The notes under the pieces were generated by a model. That model did not search any database. It was not told the DNA's origin and saw only the letters and a program-made list of their open reading frames with translations. From the IMG/VR virus record IMGVR_UViG_3300031555_004037: 64,000 nt of DNA. One strand, written 5' to 3'. Below, one piece after another: positions 1 through 9,561 of this stretch. Source of the DNA: a virus (Duplodnaviria; Heunggongvirae; Uroviricota; Caudoviricetes). The position numbers were made by a program, and so were the translations under genes. Position 1 is the first letter of the stretch. The number at the start of each line of letters is the position of its first letter.

Positions 1-462
1 GTCAAGAAACACTCAAAAGAAATTGATGGTATTATCAATAAAATCAAGAAAAATTTAAGTAATCTTACTAATAAAGAACTGCAAGATTTAATGTTGCAAT
101 TAGGTGTAGAAACATATTACTTCTCTTATTATAAGGATATGTCAATTTTGAAACAAGAAATTGCATTAGCACTTGTAAAGAGTTCACAAGCAGAGGTATA
201 TAATAGTACAACAGGAACACAACAGGCTAGAACTAATCAAGCATTAGTTGATACAGTAGATAAGCAAATTGTAAATGTATTGTATAATGCGATTTCTAAT
301 AATATGAAATCAAAACTTGATGAAGCACATAGAATGTGTAACATTTTGTCTGGAGTTCTAATCAGTAAGAACGCAGAAGCAAAACTGAAAGGAATTAAAG
401 ACGATGGATATGACAAGCAAGGACAAGCCGATTTATACAATGACGGTGCTACAGAAAATTGA
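1..462 (+). CDS. hypothetical protein, 5-prime partial (open frame continues to window start)
   Basis: Frame 1 is open from nt 1 to TGA at 460-462; first in-window Met at 91; no recognisable motifs. Confidence 0.4.
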   Translation, partial: VKKHSKEIDGIINKIKKNLSNLTNKELQDLMLQLGVETYYFSYYKDMSILKQEIALALVKSSQAEVYNSTTGTQQARTNQALVDTVDKQIVNVLYNAISNNMKSKLDEAHRMCNILSGVLISKNAEAKLKGIKDDGYDKQGQADLYNDGATEN

Positions 463-739
463 CCGATTTTATGTCAATAAATTGGAATGGCTACCTGAAT
501 TTGGAGATAGAAGATGTGTTGGGTATTATTATGATTTAAATGACGCAATCAATTCAGTTATCCACAATAATCAAGATATTTATGAGGATATGTATGAATA
601 TTGTATCGTGGAAGAAGTTCCACAAGGTATCTGTAAACATACTCCAAACAGATATTTATTCAAATGGGTAGAAGATAAATATGTTCAAATTGATGAACCT
701 ATTGAACTAAATAAACTAACCAACTTTAGTATTGGTTAA
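404..739 (+). CDS. hypothetical protein (+1 frame, overlaps upstream ORF by 59 nt)
   Basis: 111-aa ORF; AAGGA 11 nt upstream of ATG 404; overlap could also reflect a frameshift in one longer gene. Confidence 0.4.
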   Translation: MDMTSKDKPIYTMTVLQKIDRFYVNKLEWLPEFGDRRCVGYYYDLNDAINSVIHNNQDIYEDMYEYCIVEEVPQGICKHTPNRYLFKWVEDKYVQIDEPIELNKLTNFSIG

Positions 740-741
740 AT

Positions 742-760
742 TAAGTGCTATTTAATTATA
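742..760 (+). promoter_or_regulatory. conserved intergenic motif TTAAGTGCTATTTAATTATA (copy 1)
   Basis: One of 6-7 copies of TTAAG(C/T)(A/G)CTATTTAATTAT, all same orientation, placed right after a stop codon and upstream of the next gene. Confidence 0.45.
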
Positions 761-815
761 CAGACAGTATAGTTTTAAATATGTAAGATATAAAAGAGAA
801 AAGGAGAAAACGAAA

Positions 816-2045
816 ATGGCAAGTGTATTAGACATTGCAAAAGGAATTAACAAAGCGTGGAAGAATGAAACTATTACATCAGGAGATGTACTTCCAGAAT
901 GTAAGAGATTTTCAATGGGAACTTTGAGTGCTGATTATGCACTTTATGGTGGTCTTCCAGAGGGAAAACTTATTGTTTATGCAGGAGAGAGTGGTTCTTG
1001 TAAGTCACTTTTGGCTTGTTTGGCTATGGCACAGTATCAGAAGGAACATCCTGATAGAACTTGTGTATATGTAGATGCCGAAGAAACACTTATTGGACAG
1101 ATTGAATGGTTTAGTAAGATGACAGGTCTTATTGTAAATGACCCTAACAAGTTTGTTCGTTATGATTGTTCTGGTAAGTCAGCAGAAGAAATTTTTGACG
1201 ATATTGTAACCATTCAGAAAGCAGATAATATTGGTATGATTATTATTGACTCTGCCCCTATGTTACTTTCACAGGCAGATATTGATAATGAGATTGCAAA
1301 GGATAATGGACAGAGAGCATCTATTGCAAAGTCAATGGGTAAATTCTTAAAGTTTATGGTCCCTGCTATTGCAAAGGCTGGAAATCCTTTACTTATTATT
1401 AATCATACTCGTGTTGCTGGAACAACATTTACAGGAGCAAAGATTTATACAGAGCCTTGTGGTTACGCATTGAATTTCTATCCTTGTATTAAGGTTAGAT
1501 TTGCAAATCGTAAGTTTACAAAGGGAGATAAGTTAGATTTATCTGCATCACAGACAGATGCCGATACTGATGGAATTTGTGCAACTTTCTCTGTTACAAA
1601 GAATAGATTAGGTGCATTAAATAGAAATGGTGCAAAGATTATCTTTAGATTTGAAACTGGTCTTGATACATTAACAGACCTTATTGAAATCATTACAAAG
1701 TATGAAATTGCAAAGAAATTAACTTCAATGACTTGGCAGTTAGTAAATCCTATTACAGGAGAAGTTTATTATGATAAGGAAACTGGCGAGGAATTAAAGT
1801 TTGCTGGTAAGCAGAAGATGATTGATTATATTCGTGACCACGATGAATTTAGAGCAGAATATGAAAAGGCTGTTTCTGATTATATCAATCATTCAAAGAG
1901 AGATATTTCACTTATTGATGAAGAAGATTTAGCACAGATTTTGGCTATGGAGAAAAATATTGAGGGTAGTGAAGAGTGGGATAGTGAAACCACAGAAACC
2001 ACAGAAGATACTACCGAAGATACAAATGGAGATAGTGAAGAGTAA
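816..2045 (+). CDS. RecA-family recombinase (RecA/UvsX-like ATPase) with acidic C-terminal tail
   Basis: Walker A-like GESGSCKS; Walker B-like MIIIDSAPML; RecA-like NPLLIINHTRV; acidic tail EEWDSETTETTEDTTEDTNGDSEE; strong RBS AAGGAGAAAACGAAAATG. Confidence 0.7.
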   Translation: MASVLDIAKGINKAWKNETITSGDVLPECKRFSMGTLSADYALYGGLPEGKLIVYAGESGSCKSLLACLAMAQYQKEHPDRTCVYVDAEETLIGQIEWFSKMTGLIVNDPNKFVRYDCSGKSAEEIFDDIVTIQKADNIGMIIIDSAPMLLSQADIDNEIAKDNGQRASIAKSMGKFLKFMVPAIAKAGNPLLIINHTRVAGTTFTGAKIYTEPCGYALNFYPCIKVRFANRKFTKGDKLDLSASQTDADTDGICATFSVTKNRLGALNRNGAKIIFRFETGLDTLTDLIEIITKYEIAKKLTSMTWQLVNPITGEVYYDKETGEELKFAGKQKMIDYIRDHDEFRAEYEKAVSDYINHSKRDISLIDEEDLAQILAMEKNIEGSEEWDSETTETTEDTTEDTNGDSEE

Positions 2046-2416
2046 TGGAATTTAGACAACATAGAGATACTGGTGGTAAAAAACCAACTCGTTTTTATTC
2101 CGATAGACAAGAAAAAACAGTTGCAAAGGCTATTAGGGGTAGACAAACCTCTAATAGTGGTGCAACACCATATGATAAGGGTGATGTAACAACTGATAAG
2201 GTTTTAGTGGAATGTAAAACAAAAACAACTGAATCTAAATCTATCTCTATTCAAAAAGAATGGTTAGATAAATTAAGAGAAGAATCTATTTTTATGAAAA
2301 AGCCATTTTATACATTAGTATTTAATTTTGGTGGAAATACAGATAATTATTATGTAATTCCTGAAAACATATATCTTCAATTACTAGAAAAGATAAATAA
2401 TGGAGAAATAGAATAA
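2045..2416 (+). CDS. PD-(D/E)xK Holliday junction resolvase-like nuclease (RecU/Hjc-like)
   Basis: SGATPYDKGDV...VLVECKTKT fits the G-PD...E-x-K resolvase pattern; TAATG start overlaps the recombinase stop. Confidence 0.5.
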   Translation: MEFRQHRDTGGKKPTRFYSDRQEKTVAKAIRGRQTSNSGATPYDKGDVTTDKVLVECKTKTTESKSISIQKEWLDKLREESIFMKKPFYTLVFNFGGNTDNYYVIPENIYLQLLEKINNGEIE

Positions 2417-3273
2417 TGTCAATGGGTATTTATAAAATAACTAATATTATAAATGGAAAATTTTATATAGGAAGTTCAGTACAAATTGAAATTAGAATTA
2501 AAAACCATTTTAAGTTATTGGAACAAAATAAACACCCAAATCCATATTTACAAAATTCGTATAATAAATATGGAAAAAATGCTTTTATTTGGTCTATTTT
2601 AGAATTAACAAATGAAGAAAATTTAAGAATAATTGAAGATAATTATATAAAATCAACTAAATGTTATGAACGAAATGTTGGATATAATATTGCTAAAGGG
2701 GCTATTAAATCTGGTAGAGATTATTTTACAGAAGAAACTATTAAAAAATTACAAAAACCAAAATCAGAATTAGCAAAACAACATATGAGAGATGCAATAC
2801 AAAAACGAGGTGGACATCACGGAGTTAATAATCCTAGATATGGAAAAACTTGGTCAAATGAGTGGAAAAAAGAACAGTCAAAAAGATTATCTAATAATCC
2901 TAAAATTTTAAACTCACCTAGATTTTTAGGACATAAACATTCAGAAAGTAGTAAACGAAAAACTAGACAAAAATTTAGAAATAATGCAATACAAAAATTA
3001 ACAAATTTTAATATAAATTTATTAAATAGTGATTGTTGGTTGTTTACTACTAATAATAGAGATAAAAATAAATCGTCAGAGGTTAAAATTTTAAAAAATA
3101 AACTTGAAATATTTATGGATGATTGTATTGCTGATAATAAATATGGTGCTTTTGTAGTACCTTTTAACAATACAGAAAAGACTAATGTATATATTGTTGA
3201 CGAGGCTACTTTTATTGAAATGAAAGAGGCATTAGAAGAAAAAAAATTCATAAGGGGGGGGAATTTAATATGA
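2416..3273 (+). CDS. GIY-YIG family homing endonuclease
   Basis: N-terminal GIYKITNIINGKFYIGSS is the canonical GIY-(10-11)-YIG motif; basic C-terminal DNA-binding-like region; free-standing between resolvase and next gene. Confidence 0.85.
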   Translation: MSMGIYKITNIINGKFYIGSSVQIEIRIKNHFKLLEQNKHPNPYLQNSYNKYGKNAFIWSILELTNEENLRIIEDNYIKSTKCYERNVGYNIAKGAIKSGRDYFTEETIKKLQKPKSELAKQHMRDAIQKRGGHHGVNNPRYGKTWSNEWKKEQSKRLSNNPKILNSPRFLGHKHSESSKRKTRQKFRNNAIQKLTNFNINLLNSDCWLFTTNNRDKNKSSEVKILKNKLEIFMDDCIADNKYGAFVVPFNNTEKTNVYIVDEATFIEMKEALEEKKFIRGGNLI

Positions 3274-3809
3274 CTACAAAAACTATTGTAGAAGCCATAT
3301 TATATTTAAACCCTAATACAGAAAAATTATTCAGAGCGTCACACATTCTATCAGAAGAACGAAATTGGAAAGCTACACCACACCCAGAATTACCTTTTAT
3401 AAATGCTTTTAAAAATCCTAAATTTTTAGTATTTGTATCAACACAAATACATTTATATTTAATAGGAGATGTAATAAAAGCAAAAGGTAGGGGAAGTGTA
3501 TATAATATTTTAAATTTAGAGGGTTTTACTGCTAATCATATGACATTGGGAAAAACCGACCTATTAAAAGAAATAAAAGAAACTCTAAAAGAGCCATTGT
3601 ATTTACCACATAATACAATGGATAGAATTATTTATATGACCGATGAAGAACTATTTATTTTTAATAGAATGGAAATGAAAAGTACAAATAAATATAAATT
3701 CTTTGGTAAATGGCATACTACAATGGGTGCTAATATTTACGATATGAATAATAAAATTTTTAACACTAAAGCAGAAGATATTGTAAAAGCAATTTTTAGT
3801 GAATTTTAA
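3270..3809 (+). CDS. hypothetical protein
   Basis: 179-aa ORF, start overlaps upstream stop; no motif recognised. Confidence 0.45.
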   Translation: MTTKTIVEAILYLNPNTEKLFRASHILSEERNWKATPHPELPFINAFKNPKFLVFVSTQIHLYLIGDVIKAKGRGSVYNILNLEGFTANHMTLGKTDLLKEIKETLKEPLYLPHNTMDRIIYMTDEELFIFNRMEMKSTNKYKFFGKWHTTMGANIYDMNNKIFNTKAEDIVKAIFSEF

Positions 3810-4071
3810 AAGGGAGGTTTACATAATGTGGAATGACGATTGGCGAGAAGAATTAGAAAAGGATTATTATGATTGTTATATAAGACTTTGTGAATGTAGA
3901 AATACTAAAAAAGATTTAAAAATCTTAACAAAGTTATTATATAAATATAATTCGTCTAAAACAAAAGAACAATGTTTAGATAGAATAATTGCTTGGGTAA
4001 CTGATTGGAATAATCAAGTAAATTTAGTTCCTGACGATGACGAGTATAAGAAATTATTAGAATGTTTATAA
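3799..4071 (+). CDS. hypothetical protein
   Basis: 90-aa ORF with RBS AAGGGAGG upstream. Confidence 0.4.
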   Translation: MNFKREVYIMWNDDWREELEKDYYDCYIRLCECRNTKKDLKILTKLLYKYNSSKTKEQCLDRIIAWVTDWNNQVNLVPDDDEYKKLLECL

Positions 4072-4072
4072 T

Positions 4073-4096
4073 AACTCAAACGATTGAGTTTTTATA
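4073..4096 (+). terminator. rho-independent terminator
   Basis: Stem AACTCAA/TTGAGTT, 4-nt loop, then TTTTTA. Confidence 0.55.
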
Positions 4097-4199
4097 TAGT
4101 AGGGTAATAGTATGACAATATCCGATTTTAAGCGTGTGTGTTAGCACGAAATTCAAAGTGAATGGTTGTCAAATTTTCTAAATAAAAGGAGAAAAAATT

Positions 4200-4358
4200 A
4201 TGAGTATGGATGTTACAAATACAACACAGAACACAAAGGTAGACGATGATATGAAGGCTTTTCAGGCAGACCTTGCAAGAGAAGAATTTATGCACCGTGT
4301 AGAAACAGGGGCTTTAACTCCAGAGGAACAGGCAGACTGGGATGAAATGATGAGTTAA
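4200..4358 (+). CDS. small hypothetical protein (52 aa), absent from ORF track
   Basis: AAAGGAGAAAAAATTATG; acidic MSMDVTNTTQNTKVDDDMKAFQADLAREEFMHRVETGALTPEEQADWDEMMS; GC-richer codons than its surroundings. Confidence 0.35.
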   Translation: MSMDVTNTTQNTKVDDDMKAFQADLAREEFMHRVETGALTPEEQADWDEMMS

Positions 4359-4390
4359 ATTAAATCTGCCCCTAGAAAAGAGGTAGGACA

Positions 4391-5437
4391 ATGGCACAAT
4401 TTGATGCAACAAGCAATATCCCTGTAGAAAGACAGATTAAATTCCGTGCTACAGGAGATAGAATTTGGGATATGGATGAACTTCCATTAACAAGAGTTCA
4501 TAGTGGGGATATGGATAATGGAAATTTTGTTTCATTTTTAGAAACTAACCCTACTATTAAGAAACAAATGTTACAAAAATACTGTAAGTATAACTTTGAA
4601 AAAGTATTAGAACAGAAGATTTTTGGACAAGATGTTACTGACGATGAATTAAGAAATATAAGTTTTATGCTTACAATTTATGATGCTTGTATTACAGTTC
4701 TTCGTGGTGGTGGTATTCTTTGTAGTACCGATGAAATGTATTTTGCAGCACTTGTAAATTACAACTGTTCAAAGGGAACAAGCAAAAATCGTATTCGTTC
4801 TTATGCAGCCTTAATGGAAATTAAACAAAGTGAAATGGCAGCAGGAGATGGTTCATTAAATTATAGTGAATATTTAATTATGGGTACAAATGGAGATTTT
4901 GATAATGAATATGTATCAATTAAACTTCCTACCAATAATGCGTATTCTTCTGATATTATGCTTGAATTACCTATTATTAAGTGTAGATTTGGTAGATTTA
5001 GATTTGCTACCGAGCGTATTCCAGGTATGATGAGTTGGGCTGATGACCCAGATAAGACAAAATTAACAGTTCCCCCTCATATTTGGATGGAAATGATTAA
5101 AGAAGGTGTATCTAATAGACTTACTGCTAAATTCTTTAACGGAGAGGCAAAGAGTTTGGCTAAAATTGTTGATTTAGACACTAAATATGTTGATGAAGTT
5201 TGTGATATGAATGATTTTAGAGTTGCATTAGCATTTATTAACGCATATCAAATGGAAATCAATGACGATAATGAACTTGAACTTCATAACACAAATGAAT
5301 TGCCTGACATCAATAAAGTAAATTCATTAAAGTGGGTTGAAATTAGAGAAGGTTCAGGTAGATGGGCATTAGCATCAAACACATTCTATGTAGTTAAATT
5401 AATTGGTACAACTATTCAAGTTAGAATGTATCGTTAA
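4391..5437 (+). CDS. hypothetical protein, probably strongly expressed (isolated unit)
   Basis: 348 aa; strong RBS AAAGAGGTAGGACAATGG; followed by a 14-bp stem hairpin; function not recognisable. Confidence 0.5.
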   Translation: MAQFDATSNIPVERQIKFRATGDRIWDMDELPLTRVHSGDMDNGNFVSFLETNPTIKKQMLQKYCKYNFEKVLEQKIFGQDVTDDELRNISFMLTIYDACITVLRGGGILCSTDEMYFAALVNYNCSKGTSKNRIRSYAALMEIKQSEMAAGDGSLNYSEYLIMGTNGDFDNEYVSIKLPTNNAYSSDIMLELPIIKCRFGRFRFATERIPGMMSWADDPDKTKLTVPPHIWMEMIKEGVSNRLTAKFFNGEAKSLAKIVDLDTKYVDEVCDMNDFRVALAFINAYQMEINDDNELELHNTNELPDINKVNSLKWVEIREGSGRWALASNTFYVVKLIGTTIQVRMYR

Positions 5438-5448
5438 TAAAAAATAAA

Positions 5449-5492
5449 TGACATATCTAGGTATTTACATAAAAAAATATCTAGGTATGTCA
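5449..5492 (+). terminator. terminator-like hairpin (14-bp stem with two G-U pairs)
   Basis: TGACATATCTAGGT ... ATCTAGGTATGTCA followed by CTTTGTCT; weak T-run. Confidence 0.4.
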
Positions 5493-5501
5493 CTTTGTCT
5501 A

Positions 5502-5530
5502 TGAACAGAATTAACAATTATTGTTATAAT
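5502..5530 (+). promoter_or_regulatory. sigma-A-like promoter (tGAaCA -17- TGtTATAAT)
   Basis: Extended -10 TGTTATAAT at 5522-5530, about 20 nt upstream of the 5551 start. Confidence 0.4.
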
Positions 5531-5550
5531 GATATATAGGAGATTTATTT

Positions 5551-5901
5551 ATGGCAAGAAAAGGAACAAATGACCAACAACATATAATTGATGCTTTAAT
5601 GACAAAAAATTATAAATATGTTTGGGAACAAGTTAAATATATTGGATATTTAAAAGTTGCAGACATAAATACCAGATATATGATTTTTTGTGATATAGTA
5701 GAAGAATTTGATTATGTAAAAAACAATAATTTCATTTGTTTTTATACAACTCGATTAGGATATTATACTGCTGACGAGTGTTCTACATATTATGTATCAA
5801 GAAATAGAAATGTAATTAACAATTTAAAATCCGAAAATATATCTCCAACAGAATGTAAGAAATCAAAAATCACAAGACAGTTAAAAGATTGGAGTAATTA
5901 A
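5551..5901 (+). CDS. hypothetical protein
   Basis: 116-aa ORF with RBS AGGAG. Confidence 0.45.
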   Translation: MARKGTNDQQHIIDALMTKNYKYVWEQVKYIGYLKVADINTRYMIFCDIVEEFDYVKNNNFICFYTTRLGYYTADECSTYYVSRNRNVINNLKSENISPTECKKSKITRQLKDWSN

Positions 5902-5903
5902 TT

Positions 5904-6629
5904 ATGTTTTTACACACAGTAGGATTTAGAAAAACGGTAACATTACCAGCATATGTTTTTGATGATGAAAGATTATCAATAGGTGCTAAAGGTCTTTTTG
6001 TGCAATTATATTATAGTAATGATAGTATATGTGCATTGAAAGACCTATGTTCCGTTACAAAAACAACAGAAGAAGAATTAAAAGTATATTTCAATGAGTT
6101 AGCAGAAAATGGTTATGTTGTTATTACAGATAAGAAATGTGAATTAAAGCACAAGGCTGTTTCTGAAAGAAAAGCAAAAGAAACTACAACAGAAGAAGTG
6201 GAAAAATATGCAGAAACCACACAACCTAAAAAGAAATCTGCTTATGAATTTATTGTAGATATTATCAATTCTTATGATTTACCTAATAATGTGAAAAACT
6301 TATTGATTACATATTTTACAAATTGGCTTGGTAAAAAGGGTAGATTTGCAGAGGCAGATGATTTACATAAAAATCGTGTTATGCAAATTATTGGAGAATT
6401 TATTTCATACCATTTATCAGAGCCAGATATGATTGATTGTGTACAACAGTCTATTGATAGAGGTTGGTATAAATTAGTACCACCAAAGAAAGAAACTAAT
6501 AATTCTACTCAAATCAATTCTTTTGATAAAACTACTTTAACAAGTGGTTCTTATACAAAGGCTGATATTGAAGAAATTAAACGTAAGGCAGAAGAATTAG
6601 AGAAAAATGGAGAGAAAGGAACATTCTAA
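5904..6629 (+). CDS. putative replisome organiser / replication initiator (wHTH-like N-terminus)
   Basis: Sits directly upstream of the DnaC-like, DnaB and DnaG genes (typical Firmicutes-phage order); assignment by context only. Confidence 0.3.
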   Translation: MFLHTVGFRKTVTLPAYVFDDERLSIGAKGLFVQLYYSNDSICALKDLCSVTKTTEEELKVYFNELAENGYVVITDKKCELKHKAVSERKAKETTTEEVEKYAETTQPKKKSAYEFIVDIINSYDLPNNVKNLLITYFTNWLGKKGRFAEADDLHKNRVMQIIGEFISYHLSEPDMIDCVQQSIDRGWYKLVPPKKETNNSTQINSFDKTTLTSGSYTKADIEEIKRKAEELEKNGEKGTF

Positions 6630-7294
6630 TGAAAAAATTAGATGATTGTATATATAATAAAATCTGTCAAAATGAATGTACTACTAATTGTATTAGATAT
6701 ATTCAAATGAATAGATTATTAGAATTAAGTAATTTACCTAAATGTTTTAAGAAATCATTTGTAATTTATTCTACTGACGCAGATAGAAATGAATATATTA
6801 AATTAAATGATATTAAGAATAATATTAAATCCTTTGTAGAAGAGGGTAAGAATTTATATATTTGTTCTTCTACTTGTGGAAATGGTAAAACCACTTGGGC
6901 AACTAAACTAATGATTAAATATTTTGATTTAACTTGGGATGGTAGTTATGATGTTACTAGGGGATTATATGTTCATACACCTACTTTATTATTAGATTTA
7001 AAGAATTTTAATAATAGACCAGAGTATATCAATAGAATTAAAGACGCAGATTTAGTAATTTGGGATGATTTAGCTTTTAGTGGTAAATTAACTGAATATG
7101 AACACGAACAATTACTTATGTTTATTGATACTAGAATAAATTCTGGAAAAAGTAATATTTATACTAGCAACCAAACTAAACTTGAAGATTTAACAAGATT
7201 TATTGGTGGTAGACTTGCTAGTAGAGTATTTAATGGCTCTCAAATTATTACATTCCATTCAAATGATTTTAGAGCAAATTTAGGAGGGAACTAA
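6629..7294 (+). CDS. DnaC/IstB-like helicase loader ATPase
   Basis: Walker A STCGNGKTTWATKL; Walker B DLVIWDDLAF; ATGA overlap with upstream gene. Confidence 0.7.
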   Translation: MKKLDDCIYNKICQNECTTNCIRYIQMNRLLELSNLPKCFKKSFVIYSTDADRNEYIKLNDIKNNIKSFVEEGKNLYICSSTCGNGKTTWATKLMIKYFDLTWDGSYDVTRGLYVHTPTLLLDLKNFNNRPEYINRIKDADLVIWDDLAFSGKLTEYEHEQLLMFIDTRINSGKSNIYTSNQTKLEDLTRFIGGRLASRVFNGSQIITFHSNDFRANLGGN

Positions 7295-7297
7295 TAA

Positions 7298-8611
7298 ATG
7301 ATACAGTTACAAGCATTAAATCATATTATTAAAAATAAAGATGAAGACTTTTTAATGTTGTATAATGATGAATTTTATTCAAATTATAAAGATGAATTTA
7401 ATTTTATTTTGCAACATTATAATAAATATAAAACTATTCCAGATGCTAGTACCGTTCTTGATAAATTTCAAGATTTTAGTATTATGGATATTTCAGAATC
7501 TCGTGATTATCTTATTCAAAGATTACACGAAGAACTTACATATAGTGCTACTGCAAAGGCAATTAACGAAACAGACTTTACAAAAGACGCTGTAAAGGCA
7601 CATCAAGATTTATTAAATAAGTTATTAAGTATTCCACAATCTAAAAGAGAATATGGTATTGATATTGTTAAATCTGCAAAAGAAAGATATGACACTCTTA
7701 TAGATAAACAGAATAATGAAGAGGCTTATATGTTTAGTACAGGTCTTAATGAATTAGATATGTCTATTGACGGTCTTCAAAGAGGGGAAGAATTAGTTGT
7801 AGTGTTTGCTAGAACTAATAACTGTAAATCTTGGATTGCTGAAAAGTTAGCAGTTTCAGTTTGGGAAGAGGGCTATAATGTTGGTTTCTTTTCTCCAGAA
7901 ATGAGTCCTTTATCTGTTGGTTATCGTTTTGATACTTTACACAAACATTTTGATAATAAGGGTATTTTAGGTTCAAATAGAGAATTTGACCCTACTGATT
8001 ATAAGAAATATGTGGATAAATTAACTAAAAAAGATACTGTTTTTAGTGTAACAACTCCTATGGATTTCAATAAAAATGTTACTGTATCAGCAATTAAACA
8101 ATGGGTAACAAGATTAAAGTTACAAATGATTGTTATTGATGGTATTACTTATATGAAGAACGAAAGAAGTAATGGTCGTCAAAATACTACTGAAAGACTT
8201 ACTGATATTTCAGAAGATTTAATGACATTAAGTGTTGAATTAGGTATTCCTATTGTTATTGTAGTACAAGCCAATAGAGAGGCTGCAAGAGATAAAGACG
8301 GAGAAGTAAATGATGACGCACCAGAACTTGATACAATTCGTGGTTCTGACGGTATTTCTCATAATGCAAGTAAAGTTATTTCAGTTGTACATAGAAAAGA
8401 AACTATCACATTATATATCAATAAGAATAGAAATGGTCAAGTAGGACAGAAACTTATTTATAATTATGATGTAAATACAGGTACATTTACTTATATTGAT
8501 AACCCTAAATCAGGTTTAGGAATTGATACAACTACTAACACAAATAATACTAACAATGAAATGCCAACGGAAGGACTTGCAAGTTTATTTAATGATAGTG
8601 GGGAATTATAA
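7298..8611 (+). CDS. dnaB: DnaB-like replicative DNA helicase
   Basis: RecA-fold C-terminal domain with GEELVVVFARTNNCKS (P-loop variant), Walker B MIVIDGITYM, and a DnaB-like N-terminal domain. Confidence 0.8.
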   Translation: MIQLQALNHIIKNKDEDFLMLYNDEFYSNYKDEFNFILQHYNKYKTIPDASTVLDKFQDFSIMDISESRDYLIQRLHEELTYSATAKAINETDFTKDAVKAHQDLLNKLLSIPQSKREYGIDIVKSAKERYDTLIDKQNNEEAYMFSTGLNELDMSIDGLQRGEELVVVFARTNNCKSWIAEKLAVSVWEEGYNVGFFSPEMSPLSVGYRFDTLHKHFDNKGILGSNREFDPTDYKKYVDKLTKKDTVFSVTTPMDFNKNVTVSAIKQWVTRLKLQMIVIDGITYMKNERSNGRQNTTERLTDISEDLMTLSVELGIPIVIVVQANREAARDKDGEVNDDAPELDTIRGSDGISHNASKVISVVHRKETITLYINKNRNGQVGQKLIYNYDVNTGTFTYIDNPKSGLGIDTTTNTNNTNNEMPTEGLASLFNDSGEL

Positions 8612-9549
8612 TGAAAATTGATACTTTAGAAATTCAAGCAACCACACAAGCAATTTTAGATAAACTATTTTTAGATTGTAAATTAAAGAAAAAGGTATTC
8701 TTTCAAAAGGGATATAAGGACATTGGCGATTATTATATGGTACAATGTCCTTATCATAAATTCGGACAAGAAAGAAAACCATCAGCACAGTTTAGAAAGA
8801 AAGATGCTTTATTTTATTGTTTTGGTTGTAAAGAAACACATTCTATTATGTCTGTAATTCAATATTGTTTAGACGAAAATGGTAGAAAATGGCTTTTAGA
8901 TAATTTTGAATATGCTAATGTAGAAGAAAGAAAAATTGAATTTAATATAGAAGATAAGAAAAATCCTAAAAAAGAATATATAGATAAAGATATATTAAAA
9001 CAATTTAGATTTACACATCCATATATGTTTGAGAGAAAACTAGATATTGATACTATTCGTAAATTTGACATTGGATATGATAAGGAAAGAGATTGTATAA
9101 CATTTCCTGTTAAAGATATAAATGGTAATATTTTATTTATTGCTACTAGAAATATTAAAAATAAATTTTTCCATTATCCAACAGATGTAGATAAACCTTT
9201 ATATGGTTATTATGAGATTTTAAGAGAAATTCGTAAAGGTAATGATATAAAGGAAATTTATATTTGTGAATCTATGTTAGACGCTTTATTTATTTGGAGA
9301 TGTGGTAAATATGCTATTGCTTTAAATGGAACAGGTTCTACTTATCAATATGATTTATTAAAGAAATCAGATTTTAGAGTATTGATTTTAGCAACAGATA
9401 ATGATGATGCTGGTAAAAAAGCAAGAGAAAGATTAAAGAAATCAATTAAAAATAAAATTATTAAAGAAATTGATTATTCTAGTTATGGAGATTGTAAAGA
9501 TATAAATGATATGACAGAAGAACAATTCCTTAATGCTAAAATCATTTAA
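8611..9549 (+). CDS. dnaG: DnaG-like DNA primase (CHC2 zinc finger + TOPRIM)
   Basis: CPYHKFG...FYCFGCKETHS zinc-binding motif; TOPRIM IYICESMLDAL ... LATDNDDAGKKA. Confidence 0.8.
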   Translation: MKIDTLEIQATTQAILDKLFLDCKLKKKVFFQKGYKDIGDYYMVQCPYHKFGQERKPSAQFRKKDALFYCFGCKETHSIMSVIQYCLDENGRKWLLDNFEYANVEERKIEFNIEDKKNPKKEYIDKDILKQFRFTHPYMFERKLDIDTIRKFDIGYDKERDCITFPVKDINGNILFIATRNIKNKFFHYPTDVDKPLYGYYEILREIRKGNDIKEIYICESMLDALFIWRCGKYAIALNGTGSTYQYDLLKKSDFRVLILATDNDDAGKKARERLKKSIKNKIIKEIDYSSYGDCKDINDMTEEQFLNAKII

Positions 9550-9561
9550 AAAGGAGATTTT

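Noticed and set aside
237-440. Minus-strand ORFs nested inside + strand genes (e.g. 237-440, 1478-1693, 1889-2146, 2817-3251, 8859-9071, 10323-10631, 12523-12804, 25116-25563, 28234-28608, 36544-36804, 44492-44749, 45621-45875, 61038-61250)
   Set aside because: All lie antisense within well-supported + strand genes, lack RBSs, and encode low-complexity peptides expected from AT-rich or locally GC-richer DNA; treated as spurious.
4391-5437. Major capsid protein or SSB assignment for the strongly expressed 348-aa protein
   Set aside because: The strong RBS and following hairpin suggest abundance, but no diagnostic motif was recognised; its location in the replication/recombination region gives no basis for a structural call.
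7365-7595. Alternative-frame + strand ORFs inside dnaB (7365-7595), flotillin (31846-32124), ftsH (33981-34172), HD gene (22522-22728, 22810-23013), topo gene (26205-26429), RNAP gene (13524-13712)
   Set aside because: They sit inside genes with strong motif support in another frame; low-complexity Leu/Lys/Ile-rich translations; no RBS.
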